This document shows positions 36,227 to 45,179 of a DNA stretch of 64,000 nt, one piece after another (positions within the stretch are counted from its first letter, which is position 1; each line of letters opens with the position of its first letter). Position numbers and translations under genes: made by a program. The stretch covers positions 3,125-67,124 of the forward strand of contig CAAHEI010000085.1 in NCBI GenBank assembly GCA_900772475.1. Direction: 5' to 3'. The stretch is from Clostridia bacterium. GTDB taxonomy: Bacteria > Bacillota > Clostridia > TANB77 > CAG-465. The notes beneath the pieces were generated by a model, which saw only the letters and a list, made by a program, of their open reading frames with translations, was not told the origin of the DNA and searched no databases.

Positions 36227-38125
36227 TCACCTCCAAGCTGCATCTATGAAGTTATCAAAACTTCTTACATCTTCTGGTGACATATTATCTCTCATTGATT
36301 TTATATTTTCTTCACTTATTGGGTTTACAAATACATATTTTCCATCTTGCCATTCAACAATATTTCTATATGTATAGTTACTTGTTTGTGTCATATGTTC
36401 AAAATACTCGACTGCATTGTCCATAAAGCTATCAAGTTTTTTGTCCATATCTTTTACTTTCCTATAATCATTATTATATGAGAATTTTTTCTCAAGAGGT
36501 ATACATTCTGTTATTCTTTCAATATATCTTGTACCATCTGTTCCTCTTTTTAAGTGAATATCAAAGTTTATAACAGATACAACTTGTACTTCAGCAACAT
36601 CTTCAGATTGGAACATACCTATTTTTAAAAGTGAGTTTCTAAGTGCAGTTATTAAGTTTGGAAAGGTTTTAGCATGGTGAGTAAATAGTGTAAATTTAGA
36701 GGCAACCTGTGCCATTTGAATCATCCATGCAGCAACCGGATCAGTTGCAACCTCACCTAGTATGTTAACTCCACCATCAGTTTTCTTTTGAACGTCTAGA
36801 CCTTCCTGTCCATTTATAGTTTCAGTTTCTCTAAGTGACAAAATGTTGTGATAAGGATAAATTTTTCTTAAGTGTAACTCGAATGCTGTTTCCTGTACAC
36901 GAATTGTAATTGTTGGATATAAATATTTCATTATAGCCATTAGTAATGTTGTTTTACCACAACCCTGCTCACCAGTTATTGCTGTTACTCTTGCACCTCT
37001 AACTAAATATTTTAAAAGCTCAATTACATTTGCTTTATTTTCATGTATTAAAAGCTGTTCTGCAGAAATAAGTGTTGGAGGAGCAAATTTTCTTACGAAG
37101 AATGCCCATGATTCTGAAAAGTTTGGACGTAAAACAACAATACGAGAACCATCTTTCATTTCATTTATTTTATAACCAACAGACTCTGATAATTGTCCTG
37201 GGTTATTATATTTATATATATTCTGACACACTCTTTTTAATTCAGATTCACTACCAAATGATAAGAAAGATAAGTAAGTTGATTTACCTTTGTAGAATAT
37301 CCAAACACTATCGTATGACATTGGAATTTTTCTTTCTTTCATTTGTTCTAAGTAATCTTCCATACCAGAAACTTGGTCTAAAAATGAAGGTGGAATACCA
37401 GATACACCACCTGATACACCGTCTATATTCATATCACGAATATCATCTACAACACTATATCCTTTGTATCCTTGATATACTCTTTGCACTACAATTTCTA
37501 ACTTATCTTCAAAAGATAATGTATCAGGAGTCACTTCATTTTGAAATATTTGATGTATTTCTGATGCAGTTATAACATAAGATGGAACTTCTGGGTCAAA
37601 CTCATATTTAGGAACATCAAGATTATATTTTGTTATAATCTCAGTTAAAGCCTCAGATTTATATTGCTTTTTATACAAGTGAAGCAATATTTCAAATTCA
37701 TCTTGTGGAGTTAACTCATCAAAATTATCAAATGAAATTGCATTACTTATATTTGAATTGTTTACTTTATATGTATTTCTTAACAAATCAAACATTAAAG
37801 TTTTTACATATTTTTTATCACTAGAATCCGCATATCCTGCACCTTTTAATGCCTTTTTTAATTCATATTTAACATTTTTTCTTCTTTCAAATTCTTCTTC
37901 AGAAAGTGCCAAATCATAAAGATTCATTCTTGTGATTTCATCAAATTGCTTCTTTATAAACGCCTGCATACTAGGAATACTATATTTTTCTCTTGCTCTT
38001 TCAAACTCTGAACGCTTATTATCATCATCAGGTCCGCCCTTTTTAATTTTATATACTATAAAACCTACAACAAACGCAACAAGTAGAACTATAAGCACAA
38101 TATTAAAAATAAATGCAACTGACAT
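36227..38125 (-). CDS. CpaF/TadA-family type II/IV secretion ATPase with an N-terminal transmembrane anchor
   Basis: 632 aa. Walker A is ITGEQGCGKTTLL, the Asp-box-like segment is RVQETAFEL, then ILGEV (catalytic Glu) and the His-box-like FTHHA. The N-terminus MSVAFIFNIVLIVLLVAFVVGFIVYKIKK is a predicted TM helix. Confidence 0.75.
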   Translation of the reverse strand: MSVAFIFNIVLIVLLVAFVVGFIVYKIKKGGPDDDNKRSEFERAREKYSIPSMQAFIKKQFDEITRMNLYDLALSEEEFERRKNVKYELKKALKGAGYADSSDKKYVKTLMFDLLRNTYKVNNSNISNAISFDNFDELTPQDEFEILLHLYKKQYKSEALTEIITKYNLDVPKYEFDPEVPSYVITASEIHQIFQNEVTPDTLSFEDKLEIVVQRVYQGYKGYSVVDDIRDMNIDGVSGGVSGIPPSFLDQVSGMEDYLEQMKERKIPMSYDSVWIFYKGKSTYLSFLSFGSESELKRVCQNIYKYNNPGQLSESVGYKINEMKDGSRIVVLRPNFSESWAFFVRKFAPPTLISAEQLLIHENKANVIELLKYLVRGARVTAITGEQGCGKTTLLMAIMKYLYPTITIRVQETAFELHLRKIYPYHNILSLRETETINGQEGLDVQKKTDGGVNILGEVATDPVAAWMIQMAQVASKFTLFTHHAKTFPNLITALRNSLLKIGMFQSEDVAEVQVVSVINFDIHLKRGTDGTRYIERITECIPLEKKFSYNNDYRKVKDMDKKLDSFMDNAVEYFEHMTQTSNYTYRNIVEWQDGKYVFVNPISEENIKSMRDNMSPEDVRSFDNFIDAAWR

Positions 38126-38163
38126 ATTTTCACCCCTCTTATTTTTTATCTTCCATTTTTATT

Positions 38164-38979
38164 CTAATTTTCCCTAATCTTAGCCATTTCTACAATTTGA
38201 TTTGCAATATTTAAAGTCTGAAATATAAAATTTCCGTTATAATCTTTTGGATCTGCATTTATATTTTTGTATAAGAAATCAACAACAGCACCTGAATTGC
38301 ACGCGTCTGCAAACATGTAATTATGTGGTACAGTAAATATTGGATCTTTTACCCTATACTTCCATTTAATATTCATTACATTATATTTCGATGATTGCTC
38401 ATAATCTGCAATTACAATTATTTTTTTCTTATCTTTTAGAATTTCGTTTGTTGATATAATATTAAAGAAATCACTAAATTTTACAGTATCCTGATTTATA
38501 ACACACACAACAATTTCTGCATCAGATATTGTTTCTTTAATAGTTTTTTTACTAAAATTTTTAGGCATGTCTATAAAAACTAAATCATATATTTCGTCTG
38601 CTTTTCTTGTAACATATGGAAGATTGTTTATAATTTGATTATATCCATCAATATCATCAGCATTCATTCCATATAAGACGTCTAATCTATCTTTTAACAC
38701 TGGCTTAGCATAATTTTGTATAGAATCTGCAGTAAGTTTATTACTTGAAACAAGTCTAATCAAAGCATTTATTCCTATATTTGAACTTTCGAAGACTCCA
38801 CTTTGTTTAAGCTCGTCATATGGTGTAAAAGAAGATTCCATTTTACATGAATGAAAATTTGCTTGCATAAGTAAACTAGAAACTTTATGAGTCATCCCCA
38901 TTAATGTACTTACTGCAACTGCAGCATGAGTGTTTCCTGTCATACTTTCATATGGGCTCCAAAATACAACTCTTGACAT
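38164..38979 (-). CDS. ParA/MinD-fold (CpaE/TadZ-like) protein with a degenerate P-loop
   Basis: 271 aa. VVFWSPYESMTGNTHAAVAVSTLMG occupies the place of the xKGGxGKT P-loop. A Walker B-like segment, YDLVFIDMP, is retained. Confidence 0.45.
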   Translation of the reverse strand: MSRVVFWSPYESMTGNTHAAVAVSTLMGMTHKVSSLLMQANFHSCKMESSFTPYDELKQSGVFESSNIGINALIRLVSSNKLTADSIQNYAKPVLKDRLDVLYGMNADDIDGYNQIINNLPYVTRKADEIYDLVFIDMPKNFSKKTIKETISDAEIVVCVINQDTVKFSDFFNIISTNEILKDKKKIIVIADYEQSSKYNVMNIKWKYRVKDPIFTVPHNYMFADACNSGAVVDFLYKNINADPKDYNGNFIFQTLNIANQIVEMAKIREN

Positions 38980-38981
38980 TA

Positions 38982-39695
38982 TTACTTCCTCCTTTTTATT
39001 TGATTTAATACTTTTTTAGCATTAACATCTCCCATTATTTCTGCCGCAAGATCTGCAAGAATTGCCATATACAATTTAGAATGTTTTTTAGTTTCTATAC
39101 TTCCACTAAATTGCGAATCTATATCAGCAAGTCTATCTTGTTCGTCTAATGGAACTTCATAATCTGGTTCTTTCCATTTTACTTCATATTCCTTTATTTT
39201 TTGGTCAAAATAATCGTCTGCAGCCCTTGATATGTATGATTTATACAATACTTTTGTCATTACAAGTTCTGAATCACCTTCAGTATCAAATACTTTCATT
39301 GCCTTTATTATTTCCTTATTTTTCTCTATGGAAATAACACTAGTATCAATAAAAAAGTACTTCTTATCAACACCTTTAGTCCTAAATAATTCATAAGATC
39401 TAGCACTATCCATATCAATAATTACAAAGTCATATTTATTTATATCAACACCTTGTTCACCAGCGTAGCTTTCAACATCACGCATACTATCAAACCCAAC
39501 AGCAAAATCTATATCGCTATATTGAGTTATATATGCCCTGCCCATATTGCTTAGGGCAGGAACAATATATTTTAGTTTTCTATCTAGTGTTGCATCAACT
39601 ACTAGTACTGATTTATCCATTACATTAATTGCTTTTGCAAGATTCATAGCAAAGTCGTATTTATCAACATATCCAATTAATCCAATTACTTGCAT
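38982..39695 (-). CDS. ParA/MinD-fold (CpaE/TadZ-like) protein with a degenerate P-loop
   Basis: 237 aa. VIGLIGYVDKYDFAMNLAKAI occupies the place of the P-loop. SVLVVDAT and YDFVIIDMD are retained. Confidence 0.45.
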   Translation of the reverse strand: MQVIGLIGYVDKYDFAMNLAKAINVMDKSVLVVDATLDRKLKYIVPALSNMGRAYITQYSDIDFAVGFDSMRDVESYAGEQGVDINKYDFVIIDMDSARSYELFRTKGVDKKYFFIDTSVISIEKNKEIIKAMKVFDTEGDSELVMTKVLYKSYISRAADDYFDQKIKEYEVKWKEPDYEVPLDEQDRLADIDSQFSGSIETKKHSKLYMAILADLAAEIMGDVNAKKVLNQIKRRK

Positions 39696-39745
39696 TTAAT
39701 TTCCTCCTTGTATAAATAATCTTGTATAAAATTTTAAATTGTTTT

Positions 39746-40783
39746 TTATTCTTCAGTAGTTCCATTTAATAAAGCTGTTCTTTGATTTTGTTGAGTTGTT
39801 ATAGAAGTTTGTGCTCCACTAACTATATTACTATAATTATCTTCGTTATCAGATTTGTAACTACTTAATCCACTTTCAATTGTTCTTCTTGAATCTTCAC
39901 TTAATTTTTCTTTTGCTTGTGATAGAATATTTTCATTTGTTTTCATAAGATTCATAACTTGTGAATTTGGTTGGTAATTTTCTGAAACTCTAGTTGCTGC
40001 TGAAGCAAAGTTTTTATATTTTACAATTAAATCAAACATTTTCTCTGTAAACTCATCAGCATCTGCATCCTGTAAAGTATCTAGTTCTTTTTCAATTTCT
40101 TCAGAAACATATCCTTTAGCAGTTGTAGTTGCTTCTTCTGATAAATTTGTTTGTGATGTAGCATCTGTATATTTCGTTGCATATAATTTTGAACCTTGAT
40201 TTAAATATGAATCAACTGTTGCACTGCTAAGTAACAATCTTTCATCTTCAGCCATATTTATCCAAAATGTTTTTCCAACAATATTTTCAACTTTCTTTTG
40301 AGCTAAAACAACATAGTCAGTACCATTAGGAAACATTATTCTTATGTCAACATAATCTCCAATATTAAGATCAGTTGGCATAAGTACTGTATTTATTTCT
40401 TGAGATCTAACATCAGCCGCCACAATTTCAGATGTAACCATTGAATTTAGAACTGGTACATTAGCTGCAATATTATATTTTGCTACGCTTCCAACTATCT
40501 CATCTGTAGATTTTGCCGCACCATTTGGCACTGTGTTCTTATTTATATTTTTTGCAACTGTTACCATGTCATTTGTTATGACCTCACCTTGAATTATATC
40601 TCTTTTACATACAACAACATCCTGTGTGTATTTTTGATTATATCCTTTATTCACACCTTTTTCATAGCTCTTAATTGTACTAATAGACCACCATAATGTA
40701 AGTCCAATTCCAACAACACCAATGACGGCACCAATAACAATACCCTGCATCATTTTCCTCTTAATTTGACTCATTCCTATCAT
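39746..40783 (-). CDS. CpaB/RcpC-like pilus assembly protein (TM anchor plus SAF domain)
   Basis: The most plausible start is the ATG at 40781-40783, 9 nt after GGAGG; the ORF track extends to 40915. After a TM helix, the segment VVVCKRDIIQGEVITNDMVTV is SAF-like. It is followed by a beta-rich domain and an acidic/polar tail. Confidence 0.6.
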   Translation of the reverse strand: MIGMSQIKRKMMQGIVIGAVIGVVGIGLTLWWSISTIKSYEKGVNKGYNQKYTQDVVVCKRDIIQGEVITNDMVTVAKNINKNTVPNGAAKSTDEIVGSVAKYNIAANVPVLNSMVTSEIVAADVRSQEINTVLMPTDLNIGDYVDIRIMFPNGTDYVVLAQKKVENIVGKTFWINMAEDERLLLSSATVDSYLNQGSKLYATKYTDATSQTNLSEEATTTAKGYVSEEIEKELDTLQDADADEFTEKMFDLIVKYKNFASAATRVSENYQPNSQVMNLMKTNENILSQAKEKLSEDSRRTIESGLSSYKSDNEDNYSNIVSGAQTSITTQQNQRTALLNGTTEE

Positions 40784-40843
40784 ATGTTTCAACCTCCAAA
40801 TTATCTTTTTTACGTTATAATTAAAATATAACCTATCGTATCT

Positions 40844-40881
40844 AGTATATATTTTTATATAAAAAAAATCAACACGTTGAT
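40844..40881 (-). promoter_or_regulatory. Candidate promoter of the pilus-like operon, with a palindrome overlapping the -35
   Basis: The minus strand reads TTGATT (40867-40872), a 17-nt spacer, then TATACT (40844-40849). The perfect 6-2-6 palindrome ATCAACACGTTGAT (40868-40881) overlaps the -35. Confidence 0.4.
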
Positions 40882-40995
40882 AAAAAAATACATTTAAGAC
40901 ATTAAAATGAAACATATTTGAAATATAAATGAAATTATTATGAAACTTACATTTTTTTTAAACGTTTATTTCGACATTTATTTGCAAAAAACAGC

Positions 40996-41014
40996 AGGAA
41001 TAAATATTATTCCT
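40996..41014 (-). terminator. Rho-independent terminator after the carboxypeptidase gene
   Basis: 8-bp stem AGGAATAA / TTATTCCT with a 3-nt loop, then GCTGTTTTTTGC on the minus strand. Confidence 0.55.
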
Positions 41015-41033
41015 ACCTTTACAATTTTGTAAA

Positions 41034-41825
41034 CTAACCTTTCTTTATTAAATAATATCCTAAAACCTCCTTAATATATGTTAATAAATCTGATTTAGAT
41101 GCATCTTTTGAAATTATAAGTTTACTCTCTGCAATCTTTTCATTTGTATCTTTATTAAATATTTCAATATTTCCTACTTCATCTCCATTAGAAAGAGGAG
41201 CTATTAAGTTATCATTATATGTTATCTTTTCAACCGTATCTATTTTTGCACCTTTATCAGAAAGAATTGTTACATCATCCTTTATTGCTACCTCAAAACT
41301 TTCATTTACACATTTATTAACATTTATACTACTTGTCACAACTCCCTTTTCACAAACATTTTTTACTTCATAATTTGCAAAACCAAAATCTAAAAGTTGT
41401 TTTACTTCTTCAAGTCTTACAGCACTTGATGGTGCTCTCATTACAACAGCTATAAAAGAAGTCCCATTTCTTGTAGCAGTTCCTGATAAATTAAACAACG
41501 CTTGTGAAGTTGAACCAGTTTTAAGTCCCGTTGCACCCTCATAAAAACGAATTAGCTTATTTGTACTATTTAAGCCAAACGTTCCATCTCTTAAAGTATC
41601 TTGCCAAATAGATGTATATTTTAAAATATCAGGATGTTTTGTTATAAGTTCTCTTGACATTATTGCAATATCTTTAGCTGTTGTATAATGTCCTTCTTCA
41701 TCTATTCCATGTGAATTTTTAAAACAAGTATTTTCCATTCCAAGCTCTTTTGCCTTATCATTCATCATTTTAACAAAATTTTCTTCACTTCCACCAATTT
41801 TTTCGGCCATAGCAACAGTAACATC
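41034..41825 (-). pseudogene. 3' portion of a split D-alanyl-D-alanine carboxypeptidase gene (S11, PBP5/DacF-like)
   Basis: The frame is open from just after a TAG at 41841-41843 and reads KFTHRDVTVAMAEKIGGSEENFVKMMNDKAKELGM...GLKTGSTS (KTG motif), then the PBP5 C-terminal beta domain. It lacks the SxxK and SxN motifs, which are found 9.6 kb away. Confidence 0.85.
41814..41825. repeat. 12-bp direct repeat AACAGTAACATC, left copy (att core)
   Basis: The identical 12-mer occurs at 51439-51450. In both copies it encodes D-V-T-V in the carboxypeptidase reading frame. Confidence 0.85.
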
Positions 41826-41860
41826 TCTATGTGTGAATTTCTAGCATGAAAAAAATCTAA

Positions 41861-43390
41861 TTAAATAAACTTAAATTTATAATTTATTACAATTTCATTT
41901 TTAGAAATTAATATATTATAAATAAGTTTTTCTATCAATTCTTCTTTTATATTATTATTTATTATATTATTTTCTTGTTGTATATTTTTTTTCAACTCTA
42001 ATATATTTTCTTCATTTATATTAGACTTTAAATCATTATATTTATTTATTTCATTTTGTATATTATCTCTTTTTTCTTTTAATATTTTAGTATCTTTTAA
42101 GTAGTCTTCATCATTTATTAGATTATCAAGTTTTTTCATATATAACGAATCTATATTATCATTAACTCTATTGTAATCATAATTTAACTTCTTTAATTTT
42201 TCATCTATATTTTTTAGATAGTCTTTATTTTTCTTTAATATGATATCATCTTCTGCACTTACTAAATCAAACAGTTTTTTATAATGTCCTTTTATATTAT
42301 TAATTATTTCTTTTTCTAATTTAAAATAATTATAATAATATTTCCCGCAGCAATTCATATCTGATTTTGGGCAATTAATTGTTACAACTTTATCACTTCT
42401 TACATTAAAATTTAATTTTCTTCCACACTTTGCACAACGCATATATGGTCTAAATAAATAATTGTGTACTTTTACATTTGTCGTTTTTCTCTTACTATTT
42501 AATATCTCATGTACTTTTTCAAAATTACATTTATCAATAATAGGTTCATGTGTATTTTTAGTAATTATCCATTCGTCTTTATTAGTTTGCCTTTTTTTCT
42601 TTTCTCTATATGAAACTTTATTAACAACATTTCTTACTGTATTGCCTATATACACCTGATTTTTCAAAATTCTCAAAATTTGTGTACGTTTCCAAATACC
42701 ATACATATTTGTTTTCTTATTTGGTGTAATATGATAATATTCTGCAGGTGTTTTGATCTTTTTTGAATTTAAGTATTTAGCAATATACTGTGAACTTTTT
42801 CCGTCTATATACATATTATAAATTTTCTTAACAATTCTACTTGAATTCTTATCAACTACTAATTTACCTTTATTATTTGGATCTTTTTTATAACCGTAAG
42901 GTGCATATGTTCCCATATACAAACCTTTTTCCATATTACTTCTTTTACTTTTTTTCAATTTATCAGAAACATCTTTAGCAAATTTTTGGTTGTTATATAA
43001 CTTAAATTCTATAAGTACATTGGCTAAACTATCCAAATAAGTATCTATATTATCAAGCACTGCAATAAATCTTACATCATGTTCAGGAAAAAATTTTTCT
43101 ATATATTCTGATGCCTCTACACTTTCCCTTGCAAATCTAGATAGATCTTTGACTATTATAGTATCTATTTTTTTTAACTTAACATCTGATATCATTTCTT
43201 TAAATTTAGGTCTATTAAAATTAGTTCCACTATATCCATCATCAACATATTCTTTATTAATTTTAATTCCTATATCTTCTGCATATCTTTTTAAAAGTTT
43301 TCTTTGATTAGAAATACTTTCACTCTCTGCCTTATCACCATCATCTTTTGATAACCTCATATATATACATACATTATTAAAGAAGTCCAC
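41861..43390 (-). CDS. Large serine recombinase
   Basis: 509 aa. Resolvase catalytic N-terminus CIYMRLSKDDGDKAESESISNQR, a recombinase domain, a zinc ribbon (CAKCGRKL...CPKSDMNCC) and a long coiled-coil C-terminus. Confidence 0.9.
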   Translation of the reverse strand: MDFFNNVCIYMRLSKDDGDKAESESISNQRKLLKRYAEDIGIKINKEYVDDGYSGTNFNRPKFKEMISDVKLKKIDTIIVKDLSRFARESVEASEYIEKFFPEHDVRFIAVLDNIDTYLDSLANVLIEFKLYNNQKFAKDVSDKLKKSKRSNMEKGLYMGTYAPYGYKKDPNNKGKLVVDKNSSRIVKKIYNMYIDGKSSQYIAKYLNSKKIKTPAEYYHITPNKKTNMYGIWKRTQILRILKNQVYIGNTVRNVVNKVSYREKKKRQTNKDEWIITKNTHEPIIDKCNFEKVHEILNSKRKTTNVKVHNYLFRPYMRCAKCGRKLNFNVRSDKVVTINCPKSDMNCCGKYYYNYFKLEKEIINNIKGHYKKLFDLVSAEDDIILKKNKDYLKNIDEKLKKLNYDYNRVNDNIDSLYMKKLDNLINDEDYLKDTKILKEKRDNIQNEINKYNDLKSNINEENILELKKNIQQENNIINNNIKEELIEKLIYNILISKNEIVINYKFKFI

Positions 43391-44975
43391 TAACTACATT
43401 CAACTCCTTAAAATTAAACATTATTTCTATATTTTTTTCCTTATTTATATATATATTATCAATTAATAATGTTAAATCATCCTTTTTTAATATAGTTGAT
43501 TTCAATATGTGTTTTACAGTTTTCTTTAATTCTTCATCTTGTAATATTTTATTATTATCTATATTATAATTTTGTCCCTCTACCTTTGTTTGAGTTAATG
43601 TTTTTTCTAATTCTTCTCTCTTTTTTATCAAAATATTATATATTCTATCATAGTCAATATTATCAATAATGCCATCTAATTTATCAAGATAAGCTTTATC
43701 TATTTTATCATTAATACCTTTTATATCTAATTCTATTTTATCTATTTTTTGGTTATAAAGGTTTATTTTTGCATTAATCATTGTAGAATATTTTTCTTTT
43801 ATCTTAGTAAAATCAATTTTGCTAAGATATTTTTTCATAACTTTTTTTATTTCTTCTATAATTACTTTTTCTATTTCATCATAATTAATATATGTTACAC
43901 TACACTTTTCATTACCAACTCTTGGTTTACTAGCTGATGAACACATACAATATCTTCTAATAGTTACTTTATCTTTATACTTATCTTTTTTTGTTATAAT
44001 GGCTAATTTTCTACCACATTCTTTACATACCAATAAACCTTTTAAAAGGTAATTATGCTTATTTACTTTGCTCGATTTATTATTGCTTAATAATTTTTGT
44101 ACTTTTTCAAAATTGCATTTATCAATAATAGGTTCATGTGTATTTTTGTTAATTATCCATTCATCTTCTGGTGTATTTATTATTTTTTTACTTTTGTAGT
44201 TTATCTTCTTTGTTTTTCCTTGAACAGAATCTCCAACATACACTTCTTTTGAAAGCATCCTTCTTATTGTTTCAGGATTCCATTTATTACTAATAGTTGT
44301 AACATTTTTTCTTGAAACAGCCGGAGGTGGAGTTCCATCATTATTCAACTTTTTAGTTATTTGATATGTTCCCATACCACTTAAGTACATTTTAAAAATA
44401 TCTTTGACTATTCTACTTTCCATTTCATCAATAATCAAGTGTCCTTTTTTGTTAGGATCTTTTTTATAACCATAAGGAGCTTCTACTGATATATACATAC
44501 CATCTTTCTTCTTATTATATAACATAGCTCTAAATTTCCTAGATGTATCTTTACAATATAGGTCATTCATAACTGCTCTAAGTGGTAACATATCATCAGT
44601 TTCTGTGATTGTATCAATTTCATCATATATAGCAATAAACCTAATATTATTTTCAGGAAAATATCTTTCTATATATCTTCCCACTTCTGAATAATCTCTA
44701 CCTAATCTTGATAAATCCTTTACTATGACCATATTTATATTCTTTTTTTCAATATCTTCTTTCATTTTATTAAGCCCCGGTCTATCAAATTTTAATCCTG
44801 AAACACCGTCATCTATATATTCATTACATATTTTTAATCCGTTTTCCAAACAAAATCTATTTAATATAGTTCTTTGATTGGAAATACTTTCACTTTCTAC
44901 CTTATCACCATCTTCCTTTGATAATCTAAAATATAATCCTACTTTATAATCTTTGTTATTTTTATAGATATTCAA
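43377..44975 (-). CDS. Large serine recombinase, second of a tandem pair
   Basis: 532 aa. VGLYFRLSKEDGDKVESESISNQR, a zinc ribbon (CKECGRKL...CMCS) and a coiled-coil tail. It overlaps the downstream recombinase gene by 14 nt. Confidence 0.9.
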   Translation of the reverse strand: MNIYKNNKDYKVGLYFRLSKEDGDKVESESISNQRTILNRFCLENGLKICNEYIDDGVSGLKFDRPGLNKMKEDIEKKNINMVIVKDLSRLGRDYSEVGRYIERYFPENNIRFIAIYDEIDTITETDDMLPLRAVMNDLYCKDTSRKFRAMLYNKKKDGMYISVEAPYGYKKDPNKKGHLIIDEMESRIVKDIFKMYLSGMGTYQITKKLNNDGTPPPAVSRKNVTTISNKWNPETIRRMLSKEVYVGDSVQGKTKKINYKSKKIINTPEDEWIINKNTHEPIIDKCNFEKVQKLLSNNKSSKVNKHNYLLKGLLVCKECGRKLAIITKKDKYKDKVTIRRYCMCSSASKPRVGNEKCSVTYINYDEIEKVIIEEIKKVMKKYLSKIDFTKIKEKYSTMINAKINLYNQKIDKIELDIKGINDKIDKAYLDKLDGIIDNIDYDRIYNILIKKREELEKTLTQTKVEGQNYNIDNNKILQDEELKKTVKHILKSTILKKDDLTLLIDNIYINKEKNIEIMFNFKELNVVSGLL

Positions 44976-45038
44976 TCCATACCACTCCTAACAAAGCTAT
45001 TTATCATACATAATAATATACAAATTCAATAATTAATG

Positions 45039-45140
45039 TCAATCCCTTTCAAAAATTCTTTCCATAATAAACTCCTCAATTATTTCTTGAAAAGTTTTAC
45101 CTCCATTATTAAACTTACAAATTATATTTATATTCTCCAT
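45039..45140 (-). CDS. Possible 33-aa ORF upstream of the recombinase pair
   Basis: A GAGGGGG SD lies 5 nt before the ATG. The product is MENINIICKFNNGGKTFQEIIEEFIMERIFERD. There is no family assignment, and the ORF is short enough to be spurious. Confidence 0.25.
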   Translation of the reverse strand: MENINIICKFNNGGKTFQEIIEEFIMERIFERD

Positions 45141-45179
45141 AGCTACCCCCTCATTTAATATTATTAAAATATTAATCCT

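Noticed and set aside
23379-40881. Absence of a secretin or outer-membrane component as a sign that the locus is incomplete.
   Set aside because: This is expected for a monoderm Firmicute. Only the absence of a prepilin peptidase is treated as noteworthy.
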